Notes: generated from the letters alone by a model not told the origin. DNA of 64,000 nucleotides from an uncultured Gammaproteobacteria bacterium (GCA_964514995.1 CAZETA010000002.1:10530-74529); one strand, 5' to 3'; positions 37,178-48,243 are shown, counted from the stretch's first letter. Numbers and translations: made by a program.

Positions 37178-37281
37178 ATAATTCTGCTTAAATATGAGTA
37201 TAATTGTACCTGGTTATAATTTTTTTTACAACCCTATATTTTTTGACTCAAAGCAGCATTTTTGGTATTGTTAGAGACACT

Positions 37282-38136
37282 ATGAAGGTAAGACTACCAG
37301 ATATGGGAGCGGGTAGACCGCCAGAAGGCAAAGAGGTAAAGGAAAGCGCTAAAATACACAAACTTTGTGAGCCTATTTTTAGACACCTGCGAGAATTAAC
37401 AGATCCTAACATTCAATATATCAGAGATGTGGCTGTAGACCTAAATGGTAGGGTTCTAAATATGTACGGAATAGAGGAAGTCCCCAGGGTGCCCACCCCG
37501 GATCAAAGACTTGAAGCGCAAGGTTTTTGTAAAAAATTAATACATGACATCAACCAGTTGTTTAGAGATAGGCCTGATCTAGCGGAAAGACAACCGCTGC
37601 AAGAGATTGTAGAGTATGTGGATCAAGTGCTAATGCCTTATATAAATACAATATCAGCTACTGAAGATGTAGAAGTAGAAAGGCGAGCCAAAGTTTTAGG
37701 TGATTACGAATCACCACATTTATCACTTAGGAGTGTATTTACTTTGCTAGCAGAAATAAAGGATGACTCAATAAAGATGTCAGTTACTTTACCTATTAGA
37801 CATATAAATACAATGTTGGTTTGGATCGATGAAGGGGCGACTCATAAGGGCGTTGATTTTAGGCAGGCGCTAGAATCAGGTAAGAATCAACTGGCTAAGC
37901 TAATTTATCGTTGTATAACCCTTGACATTAACGATCAAAAGCGTTTAAGCCTTATCAAAGAACAAGTTGATGGTGTGGTCTCAGAATATTTATTAAATAT
38001 GGGGGCAGCAGAGAAGCAGAGGCAACAAGATGAATACCGGAGACTAGTTAAAGTTGTAGTGACTACCAGTAAAGATAGGCCACGAAAAAGCAAAGGTATG
38101 TATACTCCTCAGCCTAAGGGTGGACGGAAAAAGTAA
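37282..38136 (+). CDS. Hypothetical protein (start uncertain; ORF opens at 37204)
   Basis: ORF only; start placed at the internal ATG 37282. Confidence 0.4.
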   Translation: MKVRLPDMGAGRPPEGKEVKESAKIHKLCEPIFRHLRELTDPNIQYIRDVAVDLNGRVLNMYGIEEVPRVPTPDQRLEAQGFCKKLIHDINQLFRDRPDLAERQPLQEIVEYVDQVLMPYINTISATEDVEVERRAKVLGDYESPHLSLRSVFTLLAEIKDDSIKMSVTLPIRHINTMLVWIDEGATHKGVDFRQALESGKNQLAKLIYRCITLDINDQKRLSLIKEQVDGVVSEYLLNMGAAEKQRQQDEYRRLVKVVVTTSKDRPRKSKGMYTPQPKGGRKK

Positions 38137-38160
38137 AATCGAAAGTGTAATTAAAAGAAT

Positions 38161-41145
38161 ATGTACAACTCAAATAAAGAAGAACAAGAAATATTGAAAT
38201 ACTGGGAAGAAAAGAATATTTTTGAAAAATCTATTTCCAGTAGGCCCGAAGACAAACCCTATCATTTTTATGATGGGCCGCCGTTTGCGACTGGTTTGCC
38301 GCATTATGGGCATATTGTTGCTTCGACCATGAAAGACGCGGTGCCGCGTTATTTCACCATGCGCGGATACAGAGTAGAGCGCAAGTGGGGTTGGGATTGT
38401 CATGGACTGCCGGTAGAAAATATTATTGAAAAAGAGCTTGATTTGGCGTCAAAAAAAGATATTGAAGAGTATGGTATTGATAAGTTCAATGAAGCCTGTC
38501 GGGCCACGGTGCTCAAATACGCGAATGAATGGCAGAGAACCATCAAACGCATGGGCCGGTGGGTGGATATGCAGGATGATTATAAGACCATGGACCCAAG
38601 CTTTATGGAAAGCGTCTGGTGGGTATTTAAACAGCTGTGGGACAAAGAGTTGATCTATAAAGATTACAAAGCCATGCATATCTGTCCGCGCTGTGCGACT
38701 ACTCTTTCTAATTTTGAGGTAACACAAGGGTATAAGGATATTAAGGATATTTCAGCAACGGTTAAATTTAAGGTACAAGATCCTGAGAAGTATAATTTAC
38801 CAGAAAATACCTATATTCTTGCGTGGACAACTACGCCATGGACTTTGCCTGGGAATGTATTGTTGACGGTAAATCATGACATTGAGTATCTGGTACTAGA
38901 AGTTGAAGGCGATGATAACAAATATATTGTTGCCCGAGAACGAGTTGAGACGGTAATGAAAGATAAGAAGTATACTGAAATAAAAAGGTTTAAAGGTGCT
39001 GATTTGGTTGGTTTAGAATACGAACCACTGTTTAGTTATTATAAAGATACGCCAAATGCCTTTAGAGTGGTAGCGGCAGAATTTGTTTCTACTACCGATG
39101 GAACAGGTGTGGTGCATATTGCGCCGGCCTTTGGCGATGATGACTTCCAGGTTGGCAAGCGTGAAAATGTTCCGCTCGTGCAGCATGTATCTATGGATGG
39201 CAAATTTGTCTCAGAAGTGACTGATTTTGCTGGTATGGAAGTAAAACCAAAAGACGATAACACTAAGGCGGATGTAGAAATTATCAAATGGCTTGCGCAT
39301 AACAGTAAATTATTCAGTAAAGAAAAAATTGAGCACAGTTATCCACATTGTTGGCGATGCGATACCCCGCTTCTAAATTACGCCACCACCAGTTGGTTTG
39401 TCCGTGTAACCCAGATCAAAGAGCAATTACTGAAAAATAATCAGAATATCAATTGGGTGCCCGAACATATCAAAGAAGGCCGGTTTGGTCAGTGGCTAGA
39501 AGGTGCGCGTGATTGGGCGATTTCCCGCAGTCGGTATTGGGGCACGCCACTACCAGTCTGGGAGTGTATCGGTGAGAAGTGTGAACACAGATTAGTGATT
39601 GGTTCTGTAGATGAGTTTGAAAAGCTGTCTGGACAGAAAATAACCGACCTACATAAACATATTATTGATGGTATAGAACTTTCGTGTGAGAAGTGTGGTG
39701 GTACCATGAAACGCATCCCAGAAGTATTGGATTGTTGGTTTGAGTCTGGGAGTATGCCGTATGGCCAGATGCATTACCCATTTGAGAATAAGGCTAAATT
39801 TGAGGGCAGTTTTCCGGCTGAATTTATTGCCGAAGGTCAAGACCAGACTCGGGGATGGTTTTATACTCTCCATGTCTTGGCAACGGCCCTTACGATGGGA
39901 GATGAGCCCGCAATTCCAGTAAATCGTTCAGAGCCGGCATTTAAAAACGTTATTGTTAACGGTATTGTTTTGGCTGAAGACGGACGCAAGATGAGTAAAC
40001 GATTGAAGAATTATCCTGAACCGGAAATCGTGTTAGAAAAATATGGCGCTGATGCGTTGCGATATTATTTGCTTACCTCGCCAGTCATGCAGGCGGAGAG
40101 TTTGAATTTTTCTGAAGCTGGCGTGCGAGAAATGTATAATAAGCTGATTAATACGGTGTATAATGTTTTGGAATTTTATAAAATGTTTGCTGACAATGTC
40201 ATCCTGAGCGAAGCGAAGGATCCCTCCCGATTGGACAAAAGGGATTCTTCTGCGAAGCCTCAGAATGACGGGCCAGAAAATGTACTGGATAAATGGATTT
40301 TGGCAAAGCTGCAAATTTTGGTAAAAGAAGTCACTGAAGGCATGGAAAGTTATAAATTAGTTGAGGCGAGCCGACCGATAGTAGAATTTGTGACCGAATT
40401 ATCACAGTGGTATGTTCGCAGATCTCGCGATAGATTCAAAGGCGAGAACGAGCAAGATAAACAGGCTGCCCTTGTCACGTTGCGTGAAGTATTGTTAACC
40501 ATTTCCAAGATAATGGCACCGTTTACCCCGTTTATTGCTGAAAAAATATATCAAGCGGTAGGTGGAGAGCGAGAAAGCGTTCATTTGGAAGAGTGGCCAG
40601 CCTTTTCTGAAGCTTCGGCGAACGAAGCCCGGGTTATTTCAGAAATGGAAACAACACGTAAGATTGTTGAGGTCGGATTGGCGTTGCGTGCAGAAACCGG
40701 AATCAAAGTACGGCAACCTTTAGGACAATTAAGCATTACCAATAAACAGTTATCGGAAAATTTTTTTGGAATCATCGCTGATGAATTGAATGTAAAGACA
40801 GTGCAGGTAGCAGAAAATTCTAATGATACAACTTTGGTTTGGAAAACAGAAGGAGATTTGGCGGTCGGTCTGGATATTATTATTACCGATCAGCTCAAGA
40901 AAGAAGGCGTCCTTCGCGAAGTTGTCCGGACTATCAACCAGATTCGCAAAGATCAAAAATTGACTATCTCTGATCGGGTAAAAATTGTCTATGAGGCAAA
41001 AGATGAGTTGTTGCAGTCGGTATTTACGGATTATAATGAAGAAATTAAAAAATCTGTGTTGGCAGATGAGGTGGTAGTAGGAGAAGCTGGTCAGGAGGTA
41101 GAAATTGGGGAGGGAAAGGTAATGATTTTGGTGGAGAAGGTATAA
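38161..41145 (+). CDS. ileS: Isoleucyl-tRNA synthetase (type 2-like)
   Basis: Class I HIGH (PHYGH) and KMSKS (KMSKRL). 'PPFATGLPHYGHIVASTMKDAVPRY...WDCHGLPVE' is IleRS-like. Confidence 0.85.
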   Translation: MYNSNKEEQEILKYWEEKNIFEKSISSRPEDKPYHFYDGPPFATGLPHYGHIVASTMKDAVPRYFTMRGYRVERKWGWDCHGLPVENIIEKELDLASKKDIEEYGIDKFNEACRATVLKYANEWQRTIKRMGRWVDMQDDYKTMDPSFMESVWWVFKQLWDKELIYKDYKAMHICPRCATTLSNFEVTQGYKDIKDISATVKFKVQDPEKYNLPENTYILAWTTTPWTLPGNVLLTVNHDIEYLVLEVEGDDNKYIVARERVETVMKDKKYTEIKRFKGADLVGLEYEPLFSYYKDTPNAFRVVAAEFVSTTDGTGVVHIAPAFGDDDFQVGKRENVPLVQHVSMDGKFVSEVTDFAGMEVKPKDDNTKADVEIIKWLAHNSKLFSKEKIEHSYPHCWRCDTPLLNYATTSWFVRVTQIKEQLLKNNQNINWVPEHIKEGRFGQWLEGARDWAISRSRYWGTPLPVWECIGEKCEHRLVIGSVDEFEKLSGQKITDLHKHIIDGIELSCEKCGGTMKRIPEVLDCWFESGSMPYGQMHYPFENKAKFEGSFPAEFIAEGQDQTRGWFYTLHVLATALTMGDEPAIPVNRSEPAFKNVIVNGIVLAEDGRKMSKRLKNYPEPEIVLEKYGADALRYYLLTSPVMQAESLNFSEAGVREMYNKLINTVYNVLEFYKMFADNVILSEAKDPSRLDKRDSSAKPQNDGPENVLDKWILAKLQILVKEVTEGMESYKLVEASRPIVEFVTELSQWYVRRSRDRFKGENEQDKQAALVTLREVLLTISKIMAPFTPFIAEKIYQAVGGERESVHLEEWPAFSEASANEARVISEMETTRKIVEVGLALRAETGIKVRQPLGQLSITNKQLSENFFGIIADELNVKTVQVAENSNDTTLVWKTEGDLAVGLDIIITDQLKKEGVLREVVRTINQIRKDQKLTISDRVKIVYEAKDELLQSVFTDYNEEIKKSVLADEVVVGEAGQEVEIGEGKVMILVEKV

Positions 41146-41269
41146 ATTTTTGGTCTTGTTATTAATAATTGAGTGCTTGACATTCCTCGCTTGTTACCCT
41201 AAAGTATGATAGCTAAAGGTCGAAAAGAGGGGGGGCTAAGATTTAAGGTAAATAACATTTTATATAACT

Positions 41270-42187
41270 ATGAAAAATAAAATTTTAGCCTTGGCGACCA
41301 CTGTAGCTGTTTTTGTTTGTGCTATAGTTGCTGTAAAATTTGTCAGGGCAACTTCAATTAACAATATATTGCCAGTTGAAGACAGCGATTCTCAATCCTT
41401 TATTCCTAGCAACTCTTCTATTCTACCCGGAGATCATCATAAGATGGTGAATGAGAATGAATGTGACGGGGATCAAAATTTTAACTATACAAATAGTGTT
41501 GGGAATGCAGAGTCCTATGGATTAGATCTTTCTTCTGTTCCTAACAATGCTTTTATCACCTCTATAACTATAACACCTTGCGCTTCTGGTAATGCAGCTA
41601 TACCACCTACAACTTCTCCTGCGGGCGCCCGGATGGATGTTTTTTATCGACTGAATCATGTGGTGAACAGTAGTGTGGGCACATATTTTTTTGATGATAC
41701 GAACAAAATTCCTGCACCACTTCCTCCAACTCAATTTTCTGGCTTATCTATTTTAAAGGCAGCAGGTACTCACCTGCAGGTTGGTGCTCAATACATATCC
41801 GGCACGGCTGGAGTTCGTTTAAGTCAAATAGTTACAGATATCTCATACGTTCAAGTTCCTATCTTTAGTACCAGCTCGCCAGCTACAGTCAGTTCAATAA
41901 AAAAGTTTTCCGCAACCTTAAATGCCCAGGCCAATCCAAATACTAAGGCTACGACTGGTTGGTTCCGATATAGCAATATTTCGCCGGGAACGTGTAATGA
42001 TGTATTTGGCACCAAAGTTCCCTCATTAGGTATTGCGCTTGGTTCTGGGAACCTTCCTGTTCCTTACTCAACTAATGTAACAGGACTTTTTTCAGGAACA
42101 CGTTACTACTATTGCGCTATTGCAAGTAATGCTGACGGTGTAAGTTTTAGTGCTCTACAATCATTTGTTACGTTACCTTCGTTTTAG
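41270..42187 (+). CDS. Hypothetical secreted/surface protein with N-terminal signal anchor
   Basis: N-terminal hydrophobic segment; Ser/Thr/Asn-rich body. Confidence 0.45.
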   Translation: MKNKILALATTVAVFVCAIVAVKFVRATSINNILPVEDSDSQSFIPSNSSILPGDHHKMVNENECDGDQNFNYTNSVGNAESYGLDLSSVPNNAFITSITITPCASGNAAIPPTTSPAGARMDVFYRLNHVVNSSVGTYFFDDTNKIPAPLPPTQFSGLSILKAAGTHLQVGAQYISGTAGVRLSQIVTDISYVQVPIFSTSSPATVSSIKKFSATLNAQANPNTKATTGWFRYSNISPGTCNDVFGTKVPSLGIALGSGNLPVPYSTNVTGLFSGTRYYYCAIASNADGVSFSALQSFVTLPSF

Positions 42188-42204
42188 TTTTAAAACCCCA
42201 AAAA

Positions 42205-42232
42205 AGCAGCCCGTAAACAGGCTGCTTTTTGG
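42205..42232 (+). terminator. Rho-independent terminator (AGCAGCC-cgtaaaca-GGCTGCT + T5)
   Basis: 17 nt after the 41270-42187 stop. Confidence 0.65.
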
Positions 42233-42302
42233 TTTTAAATGGTTTGACATACCCTTGTTTTTACGGTAAATTACCGTAGATTTAAGTTATAATCTGCATA
42301 GT

Positions 42303-43268
42303 ATGTTAACGTTCAAACAAGCCTATGATTTGGGAATAAAGCTAGGTATGGAAGCTGACCCTCGTGGACAAAAAAGCGTTAAAAGATATTTAGAAAGAGT
42401 CAAGAAGGAATATGATGATCTCAAACCGGATGATAAGAAATATTTTGATACAGAAAAATTGGAAAATCCCTATGACGATTGTCGTATCAATTGCGGAAAT
42501 AATAGCGCTCCGGTAAAGCGAGTGTTGGCGGGTATAGATATCAGCCCTGGAGAAATTTTATTAGCCACTCAGCTCAACGAGCGCGGCAAGAAAATTGACG
42601 CGGTTATTGCCCACCACCCAGAAGGTGCGGCGCTTGCCAGCTTGCACGGCGTTATGGATATGATCGCTGAGATGTATGAGAATTTGGGAGTGCCGGTGCA
42701 TGTGGCTGAGCGGCTTATGGCGGAGAGAATCAATGAAGTTGGGCGTGGTGTGCACCCAGCCAACCACTATCAAGTGGTAGACATAGCTCGTGAGCTTGCG
42801 GTAAATTTTATGAACATGCATACTCCGACTGATAATTTAGTAACTAAATTTTTGGAAGATTTTTTGGCCAAGAAAAAACTTGAAACCGTGGGTGATGTGA
42901 TGAGCGCTTTGATGGAACTTCCCGAATACCAAGAAGCAAAAAAACGAGGAAATGGACCAAATCTGTTTGCGGGCAACCCAAAGAATAGAGTGGGTAAATT
43001 ATTTGTGGAGATGACTGGCGGCACCAATCCGTCTAGTAAGGTCTATTCTGAACTTTCTCGCGCGGGAGTTAGCACGTTAGTAGGAATGCATATGCGCGAT
43101 GAGTCGCGGGAAAAGGCTGTAGAATTTCATATGAACGTTTTGATTGCTGGACATATGTCCTCCGATTCACTCGGCATGAACTTGTATTTAGATGAACTAG
43201 AAAAAAGAGGTGTGGAAATCGTGCCGTGTGGTGGGCTCATTCGAGTCAGTCGAGTAAAGAAAAAATAA
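42303..43268 (+). CDS. NIF3-like (DUF34/YqfO-family) dinuclear-metal protein
   Basis: Approximate NIF3-like patterning (IAHHP..., MHTPTDN, LIAGHMSSD); moderate support. Confidence 0.45.
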   Translation: MLTFKQAYDLGIKLGMEADPRGQKSVKRYLERVKKEYDDLKPDDKKYFDTEKLENPYDDCRINCGNNSAPVKRVLAGIDISPGEILLATQLNERGKKIDAVIAHHPEGAALASLHGVMDMIAEMYENLGVPVHVAERLMAERINEVGRGVHPANHYQVVDIARELAVNFMNMHTPTDNLVTKFLEDFLAKKKLETVGDVMSALMELPEYQEAKKRGNGPNLFAGNPKNRVGKLFVEMTGGTNPSSKVYSELSRAGVSTLVGMHMRDESREKAVEFHMNVLIAGHMSSDSLGMNLYLDELEKRGVEIVPCGGLIRVSRVKKK

Positions 43269-43271
43269 CTT

Positions 43272-43841
43272 ATGATTTCAGTTATCGCCGGTAAAATTAT
43301 CTCTAAGGATGAAAATAAAATTACCGTGTTGACTGCCGGCGGAGTTGGGTATGAAGTAATGGCTAGTGTGCGTTCTGTTGAGGGTTGGGAGGTGGGGGGA
43401 GAAGTACAGGTGCTTACGTATTTAGCTGTTCGAGAAAGTGCGCTTGAGCTATACGGTTTTGCTAATGTTCAAGAAAAAGACCTGTTTGAAAAATTTTTAT
43501 TGGTGAGCGGGATTGGGCCTAAGACTGCTCTGCATTTACTGTCTGTAGGTACCGTGCAAGAAATTTCCACTGCTATTGCCAATGAAGATCTGGCTTATCT
43601 GACCAATGTGAGCGGGATTGGAAAGAAAACTGCAGAACGAATTTTGGTGGAGTTGAAGAATAAAATGGTGGCAGGTGTAATGGGAGAAGCTGGAATTGAC
43701 GGATCATTGGGTGATGTCATCGAAGGCTTGATGGCCCTTGGCTACTCTCAAGTTGAGGCTCGAAATTCCGTAAAAGATTTAAAGATTGCCGGGAAAAATA
43801 GTGAACAGATTCTGAAAGAAGCGCTACAAAGAATCAAATAA
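43272..43841 (+). CDS. ruvA: Holliday junction branch-migration protein RuvA
   Basis: OB domain (GVGYEV), helix-hairpin-helix repeats (VSGIGPKTA, VSGIGKKTAERI) and C-terminal domain III. Confidence 0.85.
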   Translation: MISVIAGKIISKDENKITVLTAGGVGYEVMASVRSVEGWEVGGEVQVLTYLAVRESALELYGFANVQEKDLFEKFLLVSGIGPKTALHLLSVGTVQEISTAIANEDLAYLTNVSGIGKKTAERILVELKNKMVAGVMGEAGIDGSLGDVIEGLMALGYSQVEARNSVKDLKIAGKNSEQILKEALQRIK

Positions 43842-43869
43842 ATTAAATTTAATTCATTAATGTAAACAT

Positions 43870-44634
43870 ATGCAGTTTGTCGTTACAGTGCTGCCTTGGG
43901 TAGTCCTTGTTATAATCTTAGGTCTACGCACAGTGCAACAGTATGAAAAAGGCGTGGTATTTCGTTTAGGTAAGATAGTTGGCACTAAAGAACCTGGCTT
44001 AAACTGGATCGTACCATTTATCGATCGGTTGAAAAAAGTCGATCTTCGCACCATCACACTCCCGGTTCCAACCCAAAAGATAATTACACGAGATAATGTG
44101 TCTGTGGATGTCTCGGCAGTAGCCTATTACAAGGTGGTTGATACGGTGAAGAGTATTGTAGCTATAGAAAATGTGATGAGCGCGATCAATCAGATCGCTC
44201 AGACTTCTATTCGCAATATCGTTGGTAAATTCCAGCTTGATGAAATTTTAAGTGAACGTGAACAAATCAACAAAAGCATTGCCGCCGTACTTGATGCTCA
44301 CACCGAAGCGTGGGGAGTTGTAGTCTCTGTGGTTGAAATAAAAGATATTGAGTTACCGGAAGGCATGCAGCGTGCTATGGCCAAACAAGCAGAGGCAGAA
44401 CGCGAAAAACGAGCGAAGATTATTGCTGCGGAGGGTGAGTTCCTCTCTTCTCAGAAATTGGCTGAAACCGCCGATGTTATGGCAGCTCATCCGATTGCCT
44501 TACAATTGCGTAATTTGCAAACGATGGCTGAGATCAGTGTAGAAAAGAATTCTACCATAATCTTCCCGGCCCAGTTTATGAGTACTATTGCCGACATTAA
44601 GAAGTTTATGGGTCAGGAGCATGGAACTATGTAA
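43870..44634 (+). CDS. SPFH/band-7 (stomatin/HflK-C-like) membrane protein
   Basis: TM anchor plus an SPFH domain (QYEKGVVFRLGK...), then a coiled-coil region. Confidence 0.8.
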   Translation: MQFVVTVLPWVVLVIILGLRTVQQYEKGVVFRLGKIVGTKEPGLNWIVPFIDRLKKVDLRTITLPVPTQKIITRDNVSVDVSAVAYYKVVDTVKSIVAIENVMSAINQIAQTSIRNIVGKFQLDEILSEREQINKSIAAVLDAHTEAWGVVVSVVEIKDIELPEGMQRAMAKQAEAEREKRAKIIAAEGEFLSSQKLAETADVMAAHPIALQLRNLQTMAEISVEKNSTIIFPAQFMSTIADIKKFMGQEHGTM

Positions 44635-44654
44635 AGTAGTAAATAAAACACAAA

Positions 44655-44678
44655 AAGGCGCCTATAGCGCCTTTTTTG
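44655..44678 (+). terminator. Rho-independent terminator (GGCGC-ctata-GCGCC + T6)
   Basis: After the SPFH gene stop. Confidence 0.6.
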
Positions 44679-44759
44679 TTGCGGTTTATTTGATTGACAG
44701 TTCAGGCAGATTTGAGTATTATGGAGCAGATTCGTATAATTCGCCACTTAAAATAATAT

Positions 44760-45749
44760 ATGAACAAAGATAATCTTATATTCTACGAAAATAGAAAATT
44801 AATCGGAAAGGCATCAATTTTGGGCGTCCCATTGGATCTTGGAAAGGATGCTGAAGGTACGATGTTTGGCCCGGATTATATCAGAAAATGTGGTCTGAAA
44901 AAAATGTTTGAGGCCAGCGGCTTGTTGGCAACTGACTTGGGCAATATCGAATGTGTGGAGAGGAAAAATGCTGTCATGGGTGAGAAGAATCTAAAGTATT
45001 TAGGCGAGATTGTCCGAGTGCTAGAAAAGACAGCTGAGACTGTTAGCAACGAAGTTGCGTCCAAAAGCAAGGCGGTAGTGTTGGGAGGTGACCATACAAT
45101 CGCTATTGGAACCATTTCTGGCGCATCTGTGGCGTGTAAAGGCGATTTGGGTGTCATCTGGATTGATGCGCACGGCGATATGATGACTCACGAAAATACA
45201 TTGTCTGGCAATATTCACGGCATGCCTTCCGCTGTTGTACGAGGTTTGGGACATTCCAAGCTAGTCGATGTGTTGCAACCAGGAGCAAAAATTAAAAAAG
45301 AAAACATCGTGTATATCGGACTAAAGGATTTGGACCAGGCAGAAATAGACTTGATCAGGAAGGATAAATTACATGCTTTTACCATTATGGATTTGATGCG
45401 TAGTGGTTTTGAGCCGGTATTTCAGGCGATCATTGATTTGCAAAAAAGGGTAGGCAATGTCTGGATAAGCATTGATATGGACTCCATTGATTCAATGTAT
45501 GCGCCAGCGACTTGTTTAGCTTCACCCGACGGCCTTACGAGAAGAGAGGTTGTCAGCTTAGCAAAATTTATTGGCAAAAATTGTCAGGTGGTGGGTCTGG
45601 ATGTGGTAGAGATTGCCCCGGAATTTGATGTAGAAGAGAAAACCGGTCGGCTGGCCGTAGAGCTCATATCCTATTTTCTTGGCGCTGATTACGGATGGTA
45701 TGCGCAGTATATGGATAAAGAGATTGAAAAACAGCAGGAACGATCCTAA
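44760..45749 (+). CDS. Arginase/agmatinase/formiminoglutamase-family ureohydrolase
   Basis: Mn-binding motifs GGDHTIA, DAHGD and SIDMDSID. Confidence 0.8.
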   Translation: MNKDNLIFYENRKLIGKASILGVPLDLGKDAEGTMFGPDYIRKCGLKKMFEASGLLATDLGNIECVERKNAVMGEKNLKYLGEIVRVLEKTAETVSNEVASKSKAVVLGGDHTIAIGTISGASVACKGDLGVIWIDAHGDMMTHENTLSGNIHGMPSAVVRGLGHSKLVDVLQPGAKIKKENIVYIGLKDLDQAEIDLIRKDKLHAFTIMDLMRSGFEPVFQAIIDLQKRVGNVWISIDMDSIDSMYAPATCLASPDGLTRREVVSLAKFIGKNCQVVGLDVVEIAPEFDVEEKTGRLAVELISYFLGADYGWYAQYMDKEIEKQQERS

Positions 45750-45760
45750 GTTGAATATTA

Positions 45761-45790
45761 AAAAAGCCCGACGTTGCGCCGGGCTTTTTA
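45761..45790. terminator. Bidirectional terminator-like hairpin (GCCCG.../...CGGGC) between convergent ureohydrolase and gatB
   Basis: A-run upstream and T-run downstream of a GC hairpin. Confidence 0.5.
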
Positions 45791-45792
45791 GT

Positions 45793-47343
45793 TTATTTCA
45801 ATTTTTCTCTGAGTAGTTTTTCCGCAACCACAGGATCAGCTGAGCCTTCGGTGGCTTTCATCACCATGCCTTTGAGGAACTGGAGGATTGCTTCTTTGCC
45901 ATTTTTGAACTGTTCCACTTGTTGCGGGTAGTTTTTGATAATTTCTTCTACCACGGTCGCAAGTCTCCCCTCATCGCTGATTTGGCCGTAGCCTTTTTCT
46001 TCCATGACATGGGTTGGATCAAGATCAACACCTGAGTCAAGCATTTCTGCTAGAATTTTTTGGGCGTTGGTAGAATTTACTCGATTGCTATAAATCAAGG
46101 CGATAAGCTCAGCAAAATTTTCCGGTTTGAGTTTTAGGACTTTAATATTAATACTGCGCTCAGCCATGGCACCGACCAGTTTGTTGGTAATCCAGCCACC
46201 GGCAAGTCGCGCTACTTGCTGTTTTTTGTTACTCAGAATTTCATTCGTATCAGTTTTTGACTCATTTAAGTTGTATAGCCAATCATTCAGTTCGCTCATG
46301 ACTTCTTCAGCATATTCAGCCCAGGCTCTATCTGCTGCCAACATTTCAGCATCAGCGTAGGAAAAGCCGTATTCGTCTCGGAAGCGTAAGCGTTTATCGT
46401 GTGGTAGTTCAGGCAAAGAAATATTTCCAGCCACAGTGAGCGGATGAAACGGAGGGATATCCGGTTCGGGGAAATAGCGATAATCAGCAGAGGTTTCCTT
46501 TTCGCGCTGCATGACCGTCTCGCCTTTGCTGTCGTCCCAACCGCGAGTCTGTTGTTTCCAGGTTTCACCTGTAGCGAGCATTTCGGTTTGGCGTTTAATT
46601 TCAAATTCAATGGCCTTCTCTACAGCTCGGAATGAGTTGATATTTTTTACCTCTACTTTCGGGTTGAGGATATATCCATCCACGGGTTTTATTAAGCCAT
46701 TATCATTGGTAAATCTTCCTTCTTCCTGTAGAGAAATGTTCGCTTCGCAGCGCATATTGCCCTTTTCCATGTCCGCGTCGCTTATTTCCAGGTAACGAAA
46801 AATATTTTGTAGTTCTTGGCAGTACGCCTTTGCTTCGGCAGAGCTTGTAACATCCGGCTCGGAGACGATTTCTACCAGCGGTACGCCAGCACGATTGAAG
46901 TTTACCAGCGTGTTGCCGGAAGCATCATGTGATAATTTTGCCGTATCTTCTTCCATATGCACGCGAGTCACGCCAATGCGGGCCTTGTCGCGATAATTTT
47001 TAGTTGGTAGAAATTCCAGATCAATATAGCCATGTTCGCCGATCGGTTGGTCGTATTGAGAAATCTGATAGGCTTTGGGCAAGTCAGGATAGAAGTAATG
47101 TTTACGGTCAAATTTACTGTTTTTATTTACCGTGCAATGCAGTGCCTGGGCAATTTTTGCGGCCCAAGCGAGCGCCGTTTGGTTTGGAACGGGCAAAGTG
47201 CCGGGTTGGCCGAGGCATATTTCGCAGATGTTGGTGTTTGGTTCAGAGATAAATGGATCATTTTTACAGCTGCAAAACATCTTGCTCTTTGTCTTTAGTT
47301 CCACATGGATTTCCATGCCGATGATAGGAATATATTTTGGCAT
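45793..47343 (-). CDS. gatB: Asp/Glu-tRNA(Asn/Gln) amidotransferase subunit B
   Basis: IGMEIHVEL...FCSC..........CEICLG N-terminal motif and a YqeY-like tail. Start placed at Met12 of the ORF. Confidence 0.85.
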   Translation of the reverse strand: MPKYIPIIGMEIHVELKTKSKMFCSCKNDPFISEPNTNICEICLGQPGTLPVPNQTALAWAAKIAQALHCTVNKNSKFDRKHYFYPDLPKAYQISQYDQPIGEHGYIDLEFLPTKNYRDKARIGVTRVHMEEDTAKLSHDASGNTLVNFNRAGVPLVEIVSEPDVTSSAEAKAYCQELQNIFRYLEISDADMEKGNMRCEANISLQEEGRFTNDNGLIKPVDGYILNPKVEVKNINSFRAVEKAIEFEIKRQTEMLATGETWKQQTRGWDDSKGETVMQREKETSADYRYFPEPDIPPFHPLTVAGNISLPELPHDKRLRFRDEYGFSYADAEMLAADRAWAEYAEEVMSELNDWLYNLNESKTDTNEILSNKKQQVARLAGGWITNKLVGAMAERSINIKVLKLKPENFAELIALIYSNRVNSTNAQKILAEMLDSGVDLDPTHVMEEKGYGQISDEGRLATVVEEIIKNYPQQVEQFKNGKEAILQFLKGMVMKATEGSADPVVAEKLLREKLK

Positions 47344-47453
47344 AACAATAGGCTTAGTATGGTATAAGACTATCATTTTTATCTGCGATTGGCAAACAAT
47401 AAAAAAATTAAAACCCCCGACTAATCGAGGGTTTTAATTGGGGTTTTTGATCT

Positions 47454-48212
47454 TTACACTGAGGGTGGGGCAGTAGGTGTTTCTCTTGCGACAGGATTTT
47501 CTTTGGCGCTATAGAATAGTATTACACTTGCAGCGGTAGAGATCGGCATTACGGCCATGCTTATAAATGAGCCGAGTAGACTTCCCAGAGCTTCCTGTAG
47601 GAAATCCGCTATAGGGATTTGTTTGACTACCTCCATGAGAAATGCGTTTGGAAGTAGAACTAGGACAGCACTCACAACACCAATGATAGCTAATCTGCCC
47701 GCGATACTCCACCAACGTCCGACTACCAAAGATTTACTTATGCTAAGAGCATTCATACCGCGAGCATTTTCAAGCGCAACTGCATACACTGCAAAGTTGT
47801 ACCAAACCGCAAAAATAATGCCCGGGATTATAAATAGTATGGTGCCGCCGAGTACTATCAAGGATGTCAAAATCGACACCCAAATAAAAGGCAGGATTAC
47901 ATGGTTGGATGCTTTGAGGTTTTCCTTCCAATTGAGCGGCTGACCTAAGGTAGCTGCCCGCGCGGCTCGAATGAGCGCGATTGATGCCCAAATTGTGGTA
48001 ACTAAGCTAGCAGAAAAAAGTGCCACAATAAGTATGCTGGTCACACCGTCTGAAGCCGGAAAAAAAATCGAAAGATAAAGTGACAAGGCGCCCAAAATTG
48101 ATAGTAGTAGAGTTGGTAAAAATAGCACGGCTATATAAGGAATAAATTCGCGCCAATGTCTTTTGTATAATTGGAAGCTTTCTGAGAGGATTTCAGACGC
48201 TGTTTTAAGCAT
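47454..48212 (-). CDS. Hypothetical polytopic membrane protein
   Basis: About 6 TM helices; no motif. Confidence 0.4.
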   Translation of the reverse strand: MLKTASEILSESFQLYKRHWREFIPYIAVLFLPTLLLSILGALSLYLSIFFPASDGVTSILIVALFSASLVTTIWASIALIRAARAATLGQPLNWKENLKASNHVILPFIWVSILTSLIVLGGTILFIIPGIIFAVWYNFAVYAVALENARGMNALSISKSLVVGRWWSIAGRLAIIGVVSAVLVLLPNAFLMEVVKQIPIADFLQEALGSLLGSFISMAVMPISTAASVILFYSAKENPVARETPTAPPSV

Positions 48213-48243
48213 AGTGTTAAGCTTATATGGTTAAGAGTGAATG

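Noticed and set aside
38137-38160. T-box leader upstream of ileS
   Set aside because: Only 24 nt separate ileS from the upstream gene, too short for a T-box.
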